Below are positions 45,484 to 55,512 of a DNA stretch of 64,000 nucleotides, piece after piece (the stretch's first letter is position 1; every line of letters starts with the position of its first letter). Made by a program: the position numbers and the translations under genes. Below the pieces are notes generated by a model, which was not told the origin of the DNA, made no database searches, and saw nothing but the letters and a program-made list of their open reading frames with translations. The DNA is from an uncultured Candidatus Saccharibacteria bacterium. Lineage in GTDB: Bacteria; Patescibacteriota; Saccharimonadia; Saccharimonadales; 2-12-FULL-41-12. Where the stretch lies: contig CAZFPJ010000002.1 in NCBI GenBank assembly GCA_964521095.1, positions 85,108 through 149,107 on the forward strand, read 5' to 3'.

Positions 45484-46863
45484 ATGAAAAGAAGCTATAA
45501 ATTATTCGCTCTAACCTGTATTTTTAGTTTATTTAGTTTATCTTTGGGCTCCATTTCTGCAGAGCCTATTCAGGCAGCTCCATTATTAATAAGCGAAATA
45601 CAAACTGGCTCATCGTTGAGCGCTAGTGAGGAGTTTATAGAGCTCTATAACAATAGTGACCAAACAATTGACTTGGCACAGTACGCGATAGAGTATTATT
45701 CTGCTTCGGCTATGGCGCTTTCTCCGAGTGGTTCGCCTACTCAGACAATACGCCTAAGCGGGACACTTTATCCTAAGGGATATTTTTTGGCGACAAGCAC
45801 TAATTATCTTACAGAAAAAAGCAACCTACTTTTCTCGCCAACATTGGCAGATGCAGGAGGAGCTCTTCGTTTGTTGAGGGGGTCAAGCAGTACCGAAGAT
45901 TTGGTAGGCTGGGGAACAGCAAAATTATATGAGAAAGCTCCGCATCCAAAAGCCGGTAACGGAAAATCATTGTCTCGAAATATCTCGTTAGATGAGGCGC
46001 AGGACACCAACGACAATAGCGTGGATTTTGATATCTTAGCTTTGCCTACCCCAGACAACACGAATGTAGCTTCAGCTCAAGAACCAGAACCAGAACCAGA
46101 ACTTCCACCTATAACTAGCCCTATTCCAGATGTCTCTATGGCTCTTTCGCCATTATTTATAACTGAGGTTTTACCTAACCCCGCTAGTCCGGCTACCGAT
46201 GAGGATGACGAATATATTGAACTTTACAACCCAAATGATCAGATAATATCGTTGGCTGGGTATCAATTAGAGTCTGGCAATAGTTTTTCGTATCAGTATT
46301 TATTTACTGACGGCTTCGTTCCTGCACTAGGCTACTACACTATATTTTCTAAAGACTCTAGCTTAACACTGTCAAATACCAGTGGAGTTGTCCGGCTTAA
46401 AGATCCATCAGCAGATGTTATTAGTCAGACCGCTCCATATGAAAATGCTGACGACGGAAGCGCCTGGGCTCTTTTGGATGGCATATGGCAATGGACTCTT
46501 TCTCCAACGCCATCTGCTATTAATACATTAAGGTTGCCAATAGCACCACTTCCAAAGACTGTCAGTAGCAGTAAATCTGCCAAGCCGAAGGCTGTGGCTA
46601 GCAGTAAAATTAAGACTGCGAGCACTAAAGCTAAGGCTAGTCCCAAAGCTAAGTCTTCGGCAAAGCCTAAAGTTGCATCCGCTACTAAATCTATTAGTAA
46701 CGAGGAGGTGATTCCTCCTGTCATACATACCAGAATTCTTGTAGGTGTAGGTGTATTAGCGGTACTATATGCACTGTATGAGTACAGAAGAGACATATAT
46801 TCAGGTTTGCTCAGATTCCGGCGCTACCGAGAAATTCGCCGAGAAGTTCGCACAAAACCTTAA
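45484..46863 (+). CDS. secreted/anchored lamin-tail-domain (LTD) protein
   Basis: Signal peptide, two LTD-like modules (LLISEIQTG..EFIELYN, LFITEVLPNP..EYIELYN), a K/A/S-rich linker and a C-terminal TM anchor. Confidence 0.7.
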   Translation: MKRSYKLFALTCIFSLFSLSLGSISAEPIQAAPLLISEIQTGSSLSASEEFIELYNNSDQTIDLAQYAIEYYSASAMALSPSGSPTQTIRLSGTLYPKGYFLATSTNYLTEKSNLLFSPTLADAGGALRLLRGSSSTEDLVGWGTAKLYEKAPHPKAGNGKSLSRNISLDEAQDTNDNSVDFDILALPTPDNTNVASAQEPEPEPELPPITSPIPDVSMALSPLFITEVLPNPASPATDEDDEYIELYNPNDQIISLAGYQLESGNSFSYQYLFTDGFVPALGYYTIFSKDSSLTLSNTSGVVRLKDPSADVISQTAPYENADDGSAWALLDGIWQWTLSPTPSAINTLRLPIAPLPKTVSSSKSAKPKAVASSKIKTASTKAKASPKAKSSAKPKVASATKSISNEEVIPPVIHTRILVGVGVLAVLYALYEYRRDIYSGLLRFRRYREIRREVRTKP

Positions 46864-47215
46864 CGGTGGCGAGATCATTGAGTTGATTGGTGATGTTGGT
46901 GCCGGCAAGACAACCTTTGTCAGTGGTTTGGCTCGTGGATTAGAGGCGAAAGACAAGGTATCTAGTCCAACCTTTACAGTAGAGCAGATTTATCGCGGTC
47001 GATTAAACATTCATCATTTTGACTTTTATAGGCTATCTCAGCCAGGCTTGATTGCTCATGAATTGCAGGAAGCGCTTGAATCTCCGAATAGTGTAGTGGT
47101 TGTAGAGTGGGCAGAAACGGTTAGAGACGTTTTGCCACAAGATCGCATAGTTATTTTGTTTGAAGTTGTTAGTGAGGCCAGCAGAAAATTAACGATATCT
47201 GGGGTTTTGCGGTGA
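46769..47215 (+). CDS. tsaE: tRNA t6A37 biosynthesis ATPase TsaE
   Basis: P-loop GDVGAGKTTF, SPTF and HFDFYRL motifs. It overlaps the upstream gene by ~90 nt. Alternative ATG at 46778. Confidence 0.85.
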   Translation: MHCMSTEETYIQVCSDSGATEKFAEKFAQNLNGGEIIELIGDVGAGKTTFVSGLARGLEAKDKVSSPTFTVEQIYRGRLNIHHFDFYRLSQPGLIAHELQEALESPNSVVVVEWAETVRDVLPQDRIVILFEVVSEASRKLTISGVLR

Positions 47216-47604
47216 TAGTTTTGACAATGCGAACTGACAAGCCAAAGGCAGAGATAGGCCTATTCAGCGATCAGGAGGAACTAGCATATGAAACCTGGCA
47301 AGCCCATCGTGAACTCTCTGCGACCATACATCAAAAAACAAAATCACTGCTAGATTCGTGCCAAAAAGATTGGTCAGATATCGAGGGGATTGTAATTTAC
47401 AAAGGCCCAGGTAGTTTTACCGGGCTTCGTATTGGGTTCTCGGCAGGAAATGCGATTGCTTATGCGCAAAATGTTCCGATAGTCTCGGTTGCTTCAGACG
47501 ACTGGGTCCCAGAGGGTATCGCACGACTACTTGCAGGCGAAAATGAAAAAATTTCTCTGCCAGAATACGGTGGCGAGGCCAACACCACCAAACCTCGTAA
47601 ATAG
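47212..47604 (+). CDS. tsaB: TsaB (YeaZ)-like protein, N-terminal domain only
   Basis: GPGSFTGLRIGFSAGNAIAYA motif. Only 130 aa, versus about 230 aa for typical TsaB. Confidence 0.7.
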   Translation: MIVLTMRTDKPKAEIGLFSDQEELAYETWQAHRELSATIHQKTKSLLDSCQKDWSDIEGIVIYKGPGSFTGLRIGFSAGNAIAYAQNVPIVSVASDDWVPEGIARLLAGENEKISLPEYGGEANTTKPRK

Positions 47605-47835
47605 CTAAAAATTAATTAAAGATAAAGACAAGACTTGTGTATACTAAGTAGCAAGGCCGTTTTTTGGTCTTAATGTTTTAACGAAACAATTTATACACGA
47701 TAAAATTATCGATTTGTTGCTTTAGCAGATTTATCCGACTTTTTGCAAAAAGAGAACTAAAGAAGTGATAGTGAGCGTTCTATTTTCTCAAGGTCGACAC
47801 ATTGCTGTGTCAATGATTCGGTAGGGAGGAAAATT

Positions 47836-49350
47836 ATGGATCCAATTACTATTGTATTGGCGGTTGTTGGCGTTGGCGCAGGTTTTGGCGCAAGTACGGT
47901 AATAACAAAAAAGAAAATCGGCACTGCCGAAGAGCGCGCAAACAAAGAAATTAAAAAAGCCAAAAGTGAAGCAGACAAGTTACTCTCTAAGGCTAGAGAT
48001 GAAGCTGCAGAGCTCGCAGAAACAGCTCGAAAAGACGAGAAGATTCGTCGCAACGAGACAAAAGACATCGAAAAAAGGCTACTCGCCCGAGAAGAAACTC
48101 TAGATAAAAAACTTGATAGCCTAGACAAGCGAGCAGAATCTTTGCGCAAAGGCGAGGCAGAAGTTGAAGAGCTAAAAAACGCTATCAAGGACATTCGAGT
48201 AAAGCAACAAGACAAGCTAGAAAAGATAGCCAAACTTACCAAAAAAGATGCCGCCGATAAACTAATGGCGATGACCGAAAAGGACATCAAGGCAGACCTA
48301 ATGGGGCTGATCACAAAGCTGCAGGCAGATGCGAAAGATCTAGCAGAAGAAAAGTCTGCGTCAATCTTGGCAGCCACTATGGAGCGGATGGCCAGCGAGG
48401 TAACCGCAGAACGAACAGTTACTAGCGTCAAGCTAGAAGACGAAGAAATGAAAGGTCGAATTATCGGCAAAGAAGGTCGTAATATTCAGGCCCTACAGCG
48501 AGCCACTGGCGTAGATATTATGGTAGACGACACTCCAGGTATGATTATTTTGAGTTCGTTTGATCCTGTTCGTCGCGAGATAGCCAGAGTCGCGTTAGAG
48601 ATGTTGCTAAAAGACGGACGAGTTCATCCGGGGCGTATTGAAGAGGTTGTTGAAAAGGCTCAAAAGCAAGTCCAAAAAGATGTTACCAGGGCCGGAGAAG
48701 ACGCAGCTCGTGAAGTTGGCATTGTTGGTGTGCCAAAAGAGATCTTGCAGTATCTTGGAGAGCTTAAATTTAGGACAAGCTATGGCCAAAATGTTCTGAA
48801 GCACGGAACAGAAATGGCGCATATGGCTGGAGTGTTAGCAGAACAACTTGGCGCCAATGTTAAGACTACCAAATACGCTGCACTTATTCATGATATGGGC
48901 AAGGCCCTAACGCATAAAATAGAAGGCAAACACCACCACATTACTGGCGAGATTGCTCGTAAATACGGTGTTGCTGAAGATGTTGCTCATGCAGCAGAAG
49001 CTCATCACGACGACATGGAAGCAACGACCTTAGAAGCAGTAATAGTCCGAGTAGTTGACGCTATAAGTGCTGCCCGTCCAGGAGCTCGCAATATTAGTCA
49101 GGAAAACTTTGTGGAGCGCATGAAAGACCTTGAAAATGTTGCTACTGGGTTTCAGGGTGTAGAAAAGGCCTACGCTATTAGCGCTGGCCGTGAGGTGCGA
49201 ATTTTTGTTAAGCCAACTCAACTAGACGACCTTGGCGCGATCAAGCTAGCTCGTGATGTTTCTACTAAAATCGAGTCTACAATGCAGTATCCGGGCACTA
49301 TTAAAGTCAATGTCATCCGAGAGACGCGAGCTATCGAATTTGCTAAATAA
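47836..49350 (+). CDS. rny: ribonuclease Y
   Basis: N-terminal TM, long K/E coiled coil, KH domain (GRIIGKEGRNIQ), HD domain (HDMGK). Confidence 0.95.
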   Translation: MDPITIVLAVVGVGAGFGASTVITKKKIGTAEERANKEIKKAKSEADKLLSKARDEAAELAETARKDEKIRRNETKDIEKRLLAREETLDKKLDSLDKRAESLRKGEAEVEELKNAIKDIRVKQQDKLEKIAKLTKKDAADKLMAMTEKDIKADLMGLITKLQADAKDLAEEKSASILAATMERMASEVTAERTVTSVKLEDEEMKGRIIGKEGRNIQALQRATGVDIMVDDTPGMIILSSFDPVRREIARVALEMLLKDGRVHPGRIEEVVEKAQKQVQKDVTRAGEDAAREVGIVGVPKEILQYLGELKFRTSYGQNVLKHGTEMAHMAGVLAEQLGANVKTTKYAALIHDMGKALTHKIEGKHHHITGEIARKYGVAEDVAHAAEAHHDDMEATTLEAVIVRVVDAISAARPGARNISQENFVERMKDLENVATGFQGVEKAYAISAGREVRIFVKPTQLDDLGAIKLARDVSTKIESTMQYPGTIKVNVIRETRAIEFAK

Positions 49351-49372
49351 GCAGTGTGGTATTATCTAGATT

Positions 49373-50098
49373 ATGTATAACCTAGTTTTCAAAAAAATCC
49401 GTCTAAGCTGGTATTTTATAATCTTTTTAGTCTTTTATACTGTTTTAGCAATCATCTTACCCAAGCAAACTTTTAACAGTGGAGCGCTGACTTTGTTCTC
49501 TGTTAACTCTTTCTTGTATGGATTTTATATAGCTCCAATATTGAGCAGTCAAAAGGGCAGAGTAGAAGAGATGCACAAGGTTGTCCGTTCGGAGGCAAAT
49601 GAGATTTTTGCAATGGCTTTAAATCTCAAGAAACTTCCAAAAAAGATGCGCAATAGTCTGCAAAAAGAACTAGCAGAGTATGTAAAAGTTAGCGCTTCCG
49701 AGCGTAAAGTAGCCCAAGGTGAAAAAGAATACGAAGACCTAATAACATATTGCCTGGAACACGAAGGCGAGCACAGCGAAGAGGTAGATAGCTTTTTGAA
49801 AGCCTTGATTGCAAATCAAAAAAACAGAACACAATTTTCTATGCTTGTAGCCAATAAAGTATATAGCCACGAGTGGATAGTTGTGCTTGTGTTGTTTTCT
49901 ATAACGCTTGGTTTTATCTTGCTTCTTGACATAGGCAACAGCCCGTTACTGCTAGTTATTAAGGCGTTTCTGTGTACAGGTCTTAGTATGCTTCTCATAA
50001 TTTTGGCAAAATTGAGCACCTTGACTCACAAAAAAGCCAAGCAAATCTGGGATCCGTACAAAAAGCTAATTTCTACACGGTTTTATAGAATAGACTAA
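49373..50098 (+). CDS. hypothetical membrane protein
   Basis: 241-aa ORF with 4 hydrophobic segments. Confidence 0.55.
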   Translation: MYNLVFKKIRLSWYFIIFLVFYTVLAIILPKQTFNSGALTLFSVNSFLYGFYIAPILSSQKGRVEEMHKVVRSEANEIFAMALNLKKLPKKMRNSLQKELAEYVKVSASERKVAQGEKEYEDLITYCLEHEGEHSEEVDSFLKALIANQKNRTQFSMLVANKVYSHEWIVVLVLFSITLGFILLLDIGNSPLLLVIKAFLCTGLSMLLIILAKLSTLTHKKAKQIWDPYKKLISTRFYRID

Positions 50099-50145
50099 CT
50101 AGCCCTAGATAAAACAACGGTTATCTGTTAAACTCTATCTGTTGT

Positions 50146-50222
50146 CGGGGTGTGGCGCAGTTGGCTAGCGCGCGCGGTTTGGGACCGCGAGGTCGCCGGT
50201 TCGAGTCCGGCCTCCCCGACCA
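50146..50222 (+). tRNA. tRNA-Pro (anticodon UGG)
   Basis: 77-nt cloverleaf: anticodon loop TTTGGGA, T-arm GCCGG-TTCGAGT-CCGGC, encoded CCA. Confidence 0.9.
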
Positions 50223-50228
50223 TTTTAT

Positions 50229-51185
50229 TTGCAGATGAACATAAATCCAGAGTTTGATAACAGGGAAGAACAGCCAGAACGCCGTCACGGGCTAAGAGAT
50301 AAGATTGCTGTGGGACTATTATTGGGCGGAATAGCCATTGCTAGTTGGCATATTTTTGATAAGTCTGGGGATGTAGAAAAGATCTCTCCCATAAAGCCAC
50401 AAATAACAGCCGTAGATGACGAGTACCGCCAGATTAGCTGGAACATGCACAACGAGACTTCAAAACGCTGGAGACAGATCAATAATCTTATAGATGAAAA
50501 TAATCTTGATGCAGTAGCACTCCAGGAAGTTAGTAGCGAGGATTTTAAAGAGCTTGCATCTAAGTTGCCAGACATGTACGCCACTTTTGTGATGGCAGAT
50601 GCTAAGTCTAATGCCACAAAAGGCGGGTACGGCAATGTCATATTATCAAAACATAAACCAGAGCAAATAAAGAGCATATCTTTGTCTGGCTCAAAGTTTA
50701 TCGGGGGGATTTTGCATACCGCAACCGGGTTTGTTGAAGATGTAGCTTTTGCTGACACCACCCTTGAAAATACAGGCAAGGGTTTTCAGGCCGATAGGTC
50801 GGCTCTTGCCGTAACTCTGCCGATAGCACAGGGCGGTAAAGAACAAGGTATAAGAGTCATAACTTCCCATATTGCTGGCGATGAGCGAGTTCATGATGAG
50901 CAATTAGGAAAATTGATAAAATTTGTAGATAGTCAGTCTTCTGATGGACGACCAACAGTATTCTGCGGAGACTTAAACGATATTCCAGAAAACATAATCC
51001 CCGAGTTTGCCAAGATAGGTTTTATTACATCAGAGACCAAGGGGACCTGGACTGGCCCTAGTAATCGCACAATAGACTATTGCTCTTATAGCCCAGAAGA
51101 CAAACTGGGCTTAGGTAGAGTGTCTGTCCTTGATGCTCCTCATACCGACCACTACCCGCTATTGGCATCCTGGGAGGCTAGGTAA
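50229..51185 (+). CDS. membrane-anchored endonuclease/exonuclease/phosphatase (EEP) family protein
   Basis: N-terminal TM, then ISWNMHNE, LDAVALQEV and HTDHYPLL motifs. The start is more likely ATG 50235 than TTG 50229. Confidence 0.75.
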   Translation: MQMNINPEFDNREEQPERRHGLRDKIAVGLLLGGIAIASWHIFDKSGDVEKISPIKPQITAVDDEYRQISWNMHNETSKRWRQINNLIDENNLDAVALQEVSSEDFKELASKLPDMYATFVMADAKSNATKGGYGNVILSKHKPEQIKSISLSGSKFIGGILHTATGFVEDVAFADTTLENTGKGFQADRSALAVTLPIAQGGKEQGIRVITSHIAGDERVHDEQLGKLIKFVDSQSSDGRPTVFCGDLNDIPENIIPEFAKIGFITSETKGTWTGPSNRTIDYCSYSPEDKLGLGRVSVLDAPHTDHYPLLASWEAR

Positions 51186-51244
51186 TACGACTCATCTTGA
51201 CTATACTAGGCGTATATTAAAAGCTAAGTTGATAATAAGATATA

Positions 51245-51850
51245 ATGAATCGCTACAGTTTTAGACCACTAGTAAAAACTCTAAAAGAAATTGCTATACC
51301 CAGTGTTGAGCAAGCAGTCTTATCTATCGTTTTGTCTTTGGCCATTATAGCCGTATCGTTCTTTAGCTATTTTATAAAGCTAGTTACAGGAGGTGACCCA
51401 GCCACCAACCAGTTGCTCAACGAAACGGTTAGTAGTTATGTATCGAAGCTCAATGATACCCCCATATCAGAACACATTGGTAGTATCTTGATTTGGGGCG
51501 TCGTGGGGGCAATTGCTTATATTGGGCTTATTACCGTTGTTAACTTAGTAATAACCGCCAGGAATATCCGCATAGAGGCCAGAGGTGGCGTAACGAGTGT
51601 CAAGCAAGACTCTTTCTCGCTACTAGACGAGTATCGTCGCGCAGTTTGGATAGTGATTGCGGTAGTTTTGTGCTTGATTAGCCTCTTTGTACTTTTGGGA
51701 GTATGGATGGATGTGTTTAAGCAGGGAATAATTGATCATAATATATTACAGCTTGCCTTTGGCCCGTTGGGTTTAGCTATCAATATTTATTTTGTCTATA
51801 TGTTTGTTTGGGTCGCATGGCGTAATCCAAGCGCGCTTTCTCGTATCTAA
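51245..51850 (+). CDS. hypothetical membrane protein
   Basis: 201-aa ORF with about 4 TM. Confidence 0.5.
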   Translation: MNRYSFRPLVKTLKEIAIPSVEQAVLSIVLSLAIIAVSFFSYFIKLVTGGDPATNQLLNETVSSYVSKLNDTPISEHIGSILIWGVVGAIAYIGLITVVNLVITARNIRIEARGGVTSVKQDSFSLLDEYRRAVWIVIAVVLCLISLFVLLGVWMDVFKQGIIDHNILQLAFGPLGLAINIYFVYMFVWVAWRNPSALSRI

Positions 51851-51932
51851 TCTACCCCTATCATTAACTCTTAGCGGTTGGTACAATATCTATTATGCTA
51901 ATGTCTGTCTGTTTATTCTATGAGGACTGGTT

Positions 51933-52295
51933 GTGATTATTTTTAACTTGTTGAGCTGGTGGTATGTGCAGGGTTGGGGCTGGGTATTGTTGTCTTCCCA
52001 AAAACACTTACAAAATGTATCCGAGTCGTTCTCTGTGAGTATACTGCTCAGAACTCTCTTTTCCCCGTGGAAACAAATCCAGTCAGAAGTTTCGTTCCGT
52101 AATTTTTTACAGTCGCAAATAGACAATTTTATATCCAGGTTTATTGGGTTTGTTGTCAGGCTAGCTATGTTGGTTGGCGCTTGTTTCTTAACCATTTTTA
52201 TTATTCTTAGTACTATTGTCGTTTTGATTTTGTGGGCATTTGTCCCGCTATCGGTAATTATTTTTCCCGCGTTAGGAATTCGAGGGTATTTGTAG
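51933..52295 (+). CDS. hypothetical membrane protein
   Basis: 120-aa ORF ending 1 nt before the Clp-like gene. Confidence 0.5.
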   Translation: MIIFNLLSWWYVQGWGWVLLSSQKHLQNVSESFSVSILLRTLFSPWKQIQSEVSFRNFLQSQIDNFISRFIGFVVRLAMLVGACFLTIFIILSTIVVLILWAFVPLSVIIFPALGIRGYL

Positions 52296-52296
52296 A

Positions 52297-54690
52297 ATGG
52301 ATCAGATACTCGCCTTAAATCTAAAAAGCCAGCGAGCCTACAGGGCCCGTTATAGCAGGCACTTCAACAAGAAGGGGCTAGTGAGCCTTATTGTATTCGC
52401 GGGTTGGATAGCTCTGGTGGGGGGCGTGCTTGCTGTCATATTTGGCTATCCTGCAGGCTACTTTTTGCTGATCATCCCGGCGATATGCTATATGTTGTGG
52501 GCTTGGCACAAAGGGTCTCTTAAGAATGTTCCAGTAAGTCCAGGCACTTTAGACGGACTGCTCAGCAAGGAGGTTCTAGCCAGACTTAGTAGCGACCAAC
52601 CGTCGTCATTAGAGGTGTGGCTGGCTTTACACGATTCTCCGGCTAGGTTCTTTTTTCAGAATCGATATCTCTTGGGTAATGATATATTCGAGAATTTGTT
52701 AAATAAAAATCCTGGCACAGGCTCTGAAGTGTGGCAACATGCTTTGCAGTTGCAAAAAAAATATAACACGGCTGGCATAACCGATTCTGTATTGCTTGTA
52801 TCTCTTCTGCAAAGTATCGGCAATATAGAGCAAATACTTCGTCGCGCAGAGCTGGAGATGAAAGACATAGAGTCTGGCATAGTATGGTTTGAGCACCTGC
52901 AAGAAAAGGTTGAACTAGCTTCACAAAGAAAATATTTTGGGGGGCTGGCGCGTGACTGGGCTTTTGGGTACGCTCCTCTTTTGCAATATCTTGGGCACAA
53001 TATTAGTAAAGAGATCCAGTCCTACGGATTTTTTGCGGACACACACAGACATCAATTGTTGGTCGAGCAGATGGCCCAAGGCATGGCTACAGGCAACAGT
53101 ACAATAACTTTGGTGGGAGACATTGGTGTTGGCAAGACAACTTGCGTGTACGCCTTTGCGGAGCGATTATTAAATGATAAGTCTTTAGCTTCCAAGATCC
53201 GCTATAGCCAAGTTGTATCCTTGGATGCGCCATCGCTTTTGGCCCAAGCAAAAAACCCGGGAGAGCTAGAGAGCTTAATAATGCGCTTATTGGCCGAGGC
53301 TCATAAGGCAAAAAATATGATTTTATTTTTTGACAATGCTCAGGTCTTTTTTGGTACTGGACCAGGGAGTGTTGACATAAGTAATGTATTAGCGCCGGTT
53401 TTGGAGTCTGGGAGCGTGAGACTTATTTTTGCTATTACTCCAAAAGAGTGGCAAATTCTTAGTGCTAACAATTCCGCCATCGCAAGTCACCTGCAGTCTA
53501 TACAAATGCAACCTGCTAATGAGGCAGATACGCTGACAGTATTGCAAGACCAGGTGATATCGGTAGAGTATCAACGAAAAGTAGTCTTTACCTATAGTGC
53601 ACTTCGCGAAGCCTACAGACTTGGCAGTCGCTATATTGATACTCAAGTCATGCCAGGTGCAGCCTTGGAGGTCTTAAAGTCTGCAACACCATTAGCAAAA
53701 GACGGCCTTGTGACACCACAAATTATTCAGCAGAGCATAGAGCTGTCGGTTGGGGTCAAATTGCAACATGCGAAGGGCGATGAGTCGCAGAAATTGTTAC
53801 ATCTAGAGGATGAGCTTCGCAAGTATGTTATTAGTCAAAAACGGGCGGTCAGTGTTGTGTCTGACGCGTTAAGGCGGTCTCGCAGTGGTGTAGGTAATCC
53901 TAATCGTCCTGTGGGTACATTTTTGTTTTTGGGTCCCACGGGTGTAGGCAAGACGGAACTCTCAAAAGCTTTGGCTAGGGTATATTTTGGGAACGAGCAG
54001 TCCATAATCCGAGTAGACATGAATCAGTACTTGCAACCCAGCGATGCTCAACGCCTGATTACGCCAATGTTAGGCGACCAACTTGGTTTTTTGGGTCAAG
54101 TCAGAAAAGCTCCGTTTAGTGTTGTTTTGCTGGATGAGATCGAAAAAGCACATCCAAGTGTTGTGAATTTACTACTTCAAATGCTTGATGAAGGTATGAT
54201 GAGCGATTCGGAGAATAAACAGGTCTCTTTTAAAGATGCCATAGTCATTGCTACTTCAAATGCTGGTGCCGAGAGGATTCGTCAGATCATAGACTCCGGA
54301 GAAGACTTACTCAAAAAAGAGGCAGATTTTGTGAGTAGCCTAATTAATGATGGTAGCTTTGCGCCAGAGTTTGTTAATCGTTTCGACGAGGTCGTGCTAT
54401 TTAGCCCTCTTACACAGGACGAGTTAGTACAGGTTATAGACCTAATAATTACCGATATGAATAAAACCCTAGATAGTAAAAAAGTCAGGGTGTTGCTTAG
54501 CGATAATGCCAAGCGGTGGCTGGTCGAAAAGGGGTATGACTCTAAGCTAGGGGCTCGACCGATGCGTCGCATGGTGCAACGGTATGTCGAAAATATTATT
54601 GCCAAAAAACTTCTAGGCCAGAGCACAGTATCTGGGGGAGAGGTGCATCTAGACATCGTAGATTTTGAGCAACTGGATTCCGCGCAGTGA
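52297..54690 (+). CDS. membrane-anchored Hsp100/Clp-family double-AAA+ ATPase
   Basis: Two N-terminal TM helices (aa ~28-72). First AAA+ module (D1): Walker A GDIGVGKTT, Walker B ILFFDNAQ (DN instead of DE). Second module (D2): GPTGVGKTE and VVLLDEIEKAHP. I saw no long M-domain. Confidence 0.8.
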   Translation: MDQILALNLKSQRAYRARYSRHFNKKGLVSLIVFAGWIALVGGVLAVIFGYPAGYFLLIIPAICYMLWAWHKGSLKNVPVSPGTLDGLLSKEVLARLSSDQPSSLEVWLALHDSPARFFFQNRYLLGNDIFENLLNKNPGTGSEVWQHALQLQKKYNTAGITDSVLLVSLLQSIGNIEQILRRAELEMKDIESGIVWFEHLQEKVELASQRKYFGGLARDWAFGYAPLLQYLGHNISKEIQSYGFFADTHRHQLLVEQMAQGMATGNSTITLVGDIGVGKTTCVYAFAERLLNDKSLASKIRYSQVVSLDAPSLLAQAKNPGELESLIMRLLAEAHKAKNMILFFDNAQVFFGTGPGSVDISNVLAPVLESGSVRLIFAITPKEWQILSANNSAIASHLQSIQMQPANEADTLTVLQDQVISVEYQRKVVFTYSALREAYRLGSRYIDTQVMPGAALEVLKSATPLAKDGLVTPQIIQQSIELSVGVKLQHAKGDESQKLLHLEDELRKYVISQKRAVSVVSDALRRSRSGVGNPNRPVGTFLFLGPTGVGKTELSKALARVYFGNEQSIIRVDMNQYLQPSDAQRLITPMLGDQLGFLGQVRKAPFSVVLLDEIEKAHPSVVNLLLQMLDEGMMSDSENKQVSFKDAIVIATSNAGAERIRQIIDSGEDLLKKEADFVSSLINDGSFAPEFVNRFDEVVLFSPLTQDELVQVIDLIITDMNKTLDSKKVRVLLSDNAKRWLVEKGYDSKLGARPMRRMVQRYVENIIAKKLLGQSTVSGGEVHLDIVDFEQLDSAQ

Positions 54691-55328
54691 CAACAATTAT
54701 ATTAACCCTAGTCGGATTATGTGGACTGCTACTAGTAACCGAGACTCTATGGCGCAAAAAACTCCTTAGCGCAGAGGTATCTCGCAAGATAACTCATATT
54801 TCGGTCGGTAGTGTTATAGCATTTTGGCCTCATTTTATAAGTTGGGGTGCTATACAAATACTATGCCTCGGTATGCTGGTTGCAATATTTATTTCGTATC
54901 ATTTTAAGCTATTCGGTTCGATACATAGGGTAAAAAGGTCCACCAAAGGGGAGCTTCTGTACCCCATAAGTATCGGAGTTTGTGCTTTGTTGCAACCAGC
55001 TCCTTGGGTTTTTACAGTAGCAATTTTGCATCTATCTATCGCAGATGGTCTGGCAGCGATAGTCGGCTCCAAGATAAATGGTTGGACGCGTTATAAAATC
55101 TTTGGCCATCAAAAATCTTTAGTTGGTACAGGTGTTTTTTTTGTTGCTTCGCTAACGATAATCTCATTTAGCTATATATTTCTAGCTCAAGACGATATTG
55201 TGGGGGTTGCTCCGGCGATGGTATTGCTGATCGCGTCAATGGCGACTGTAGTAGAAAACTTATCTTGGTATGGGCTGGACAACTTAACCGTTCCTGTAGC
55301 TATTGTGTTAGCGTTAAGCGTAGTTTAG
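54687..55328 (+). CDS. polyprenol/dolichol/phytol kinase family membrane protein (COG0170-like)
   Basis: 213 aa, about 6 TM, with SRKITHISVG, ADGLAAIVG and KSLVGT motifs. 4-nt overlap with the upstream gene. Confidence 0.55.
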   Translation: MTTIILTLVGLCGLLLVTETLWRKKLLSAEVSRKITHISVGSVIAFWPHFISWGAIQILCLGMLVAIFISYHFKLFGSIHRVKRSTKGELLYPISIGVCALLQPAPWVFTVAILHLSIADGLAAIVGSKINGWTRYKIFGHQKSLVGTGVFFVASLTIISFSYIFLAQDDIVGVAPAMVLLIASMATVVENLSWYGLDNLTVPVAIVLALSVV

Positions 55329-55361
55329 CCAAGACTTTACTAGTTTTATAATCAATGAATT

Positions 55362-55439
55362 TGGGGCGAGTGATGGGAATTGAACCCACGGCCTTCGGAA
55401 CCACAACCCGACGCTCTAACCAACTGAGCTACACCCGCC
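55362..55439 (-). tRNA. tRNA-His (anticodon GUG) with encoded G-1
   Basis: 78 nt: anticodon loop TTGTGGT, an extra 5' G opposite C73, encoded CCA. Confidence 0.9.
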
Positions 55440-55512
55440 ATATCTTTGGGGACACTTTTTGTATCAAGAACAGGGGTGATTATAGCTTATTTTGCTATAC
55501 CTTACAATCTAT

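Noticed and set aside
47757-48470. 237-aa ORF antisense to rny
   Set aside because: Its S/A/L/F-rich low-complexity translation is the mirror of the K/E-rich coiled coil of RNase Y. It has no start context and is a shadow ORF.
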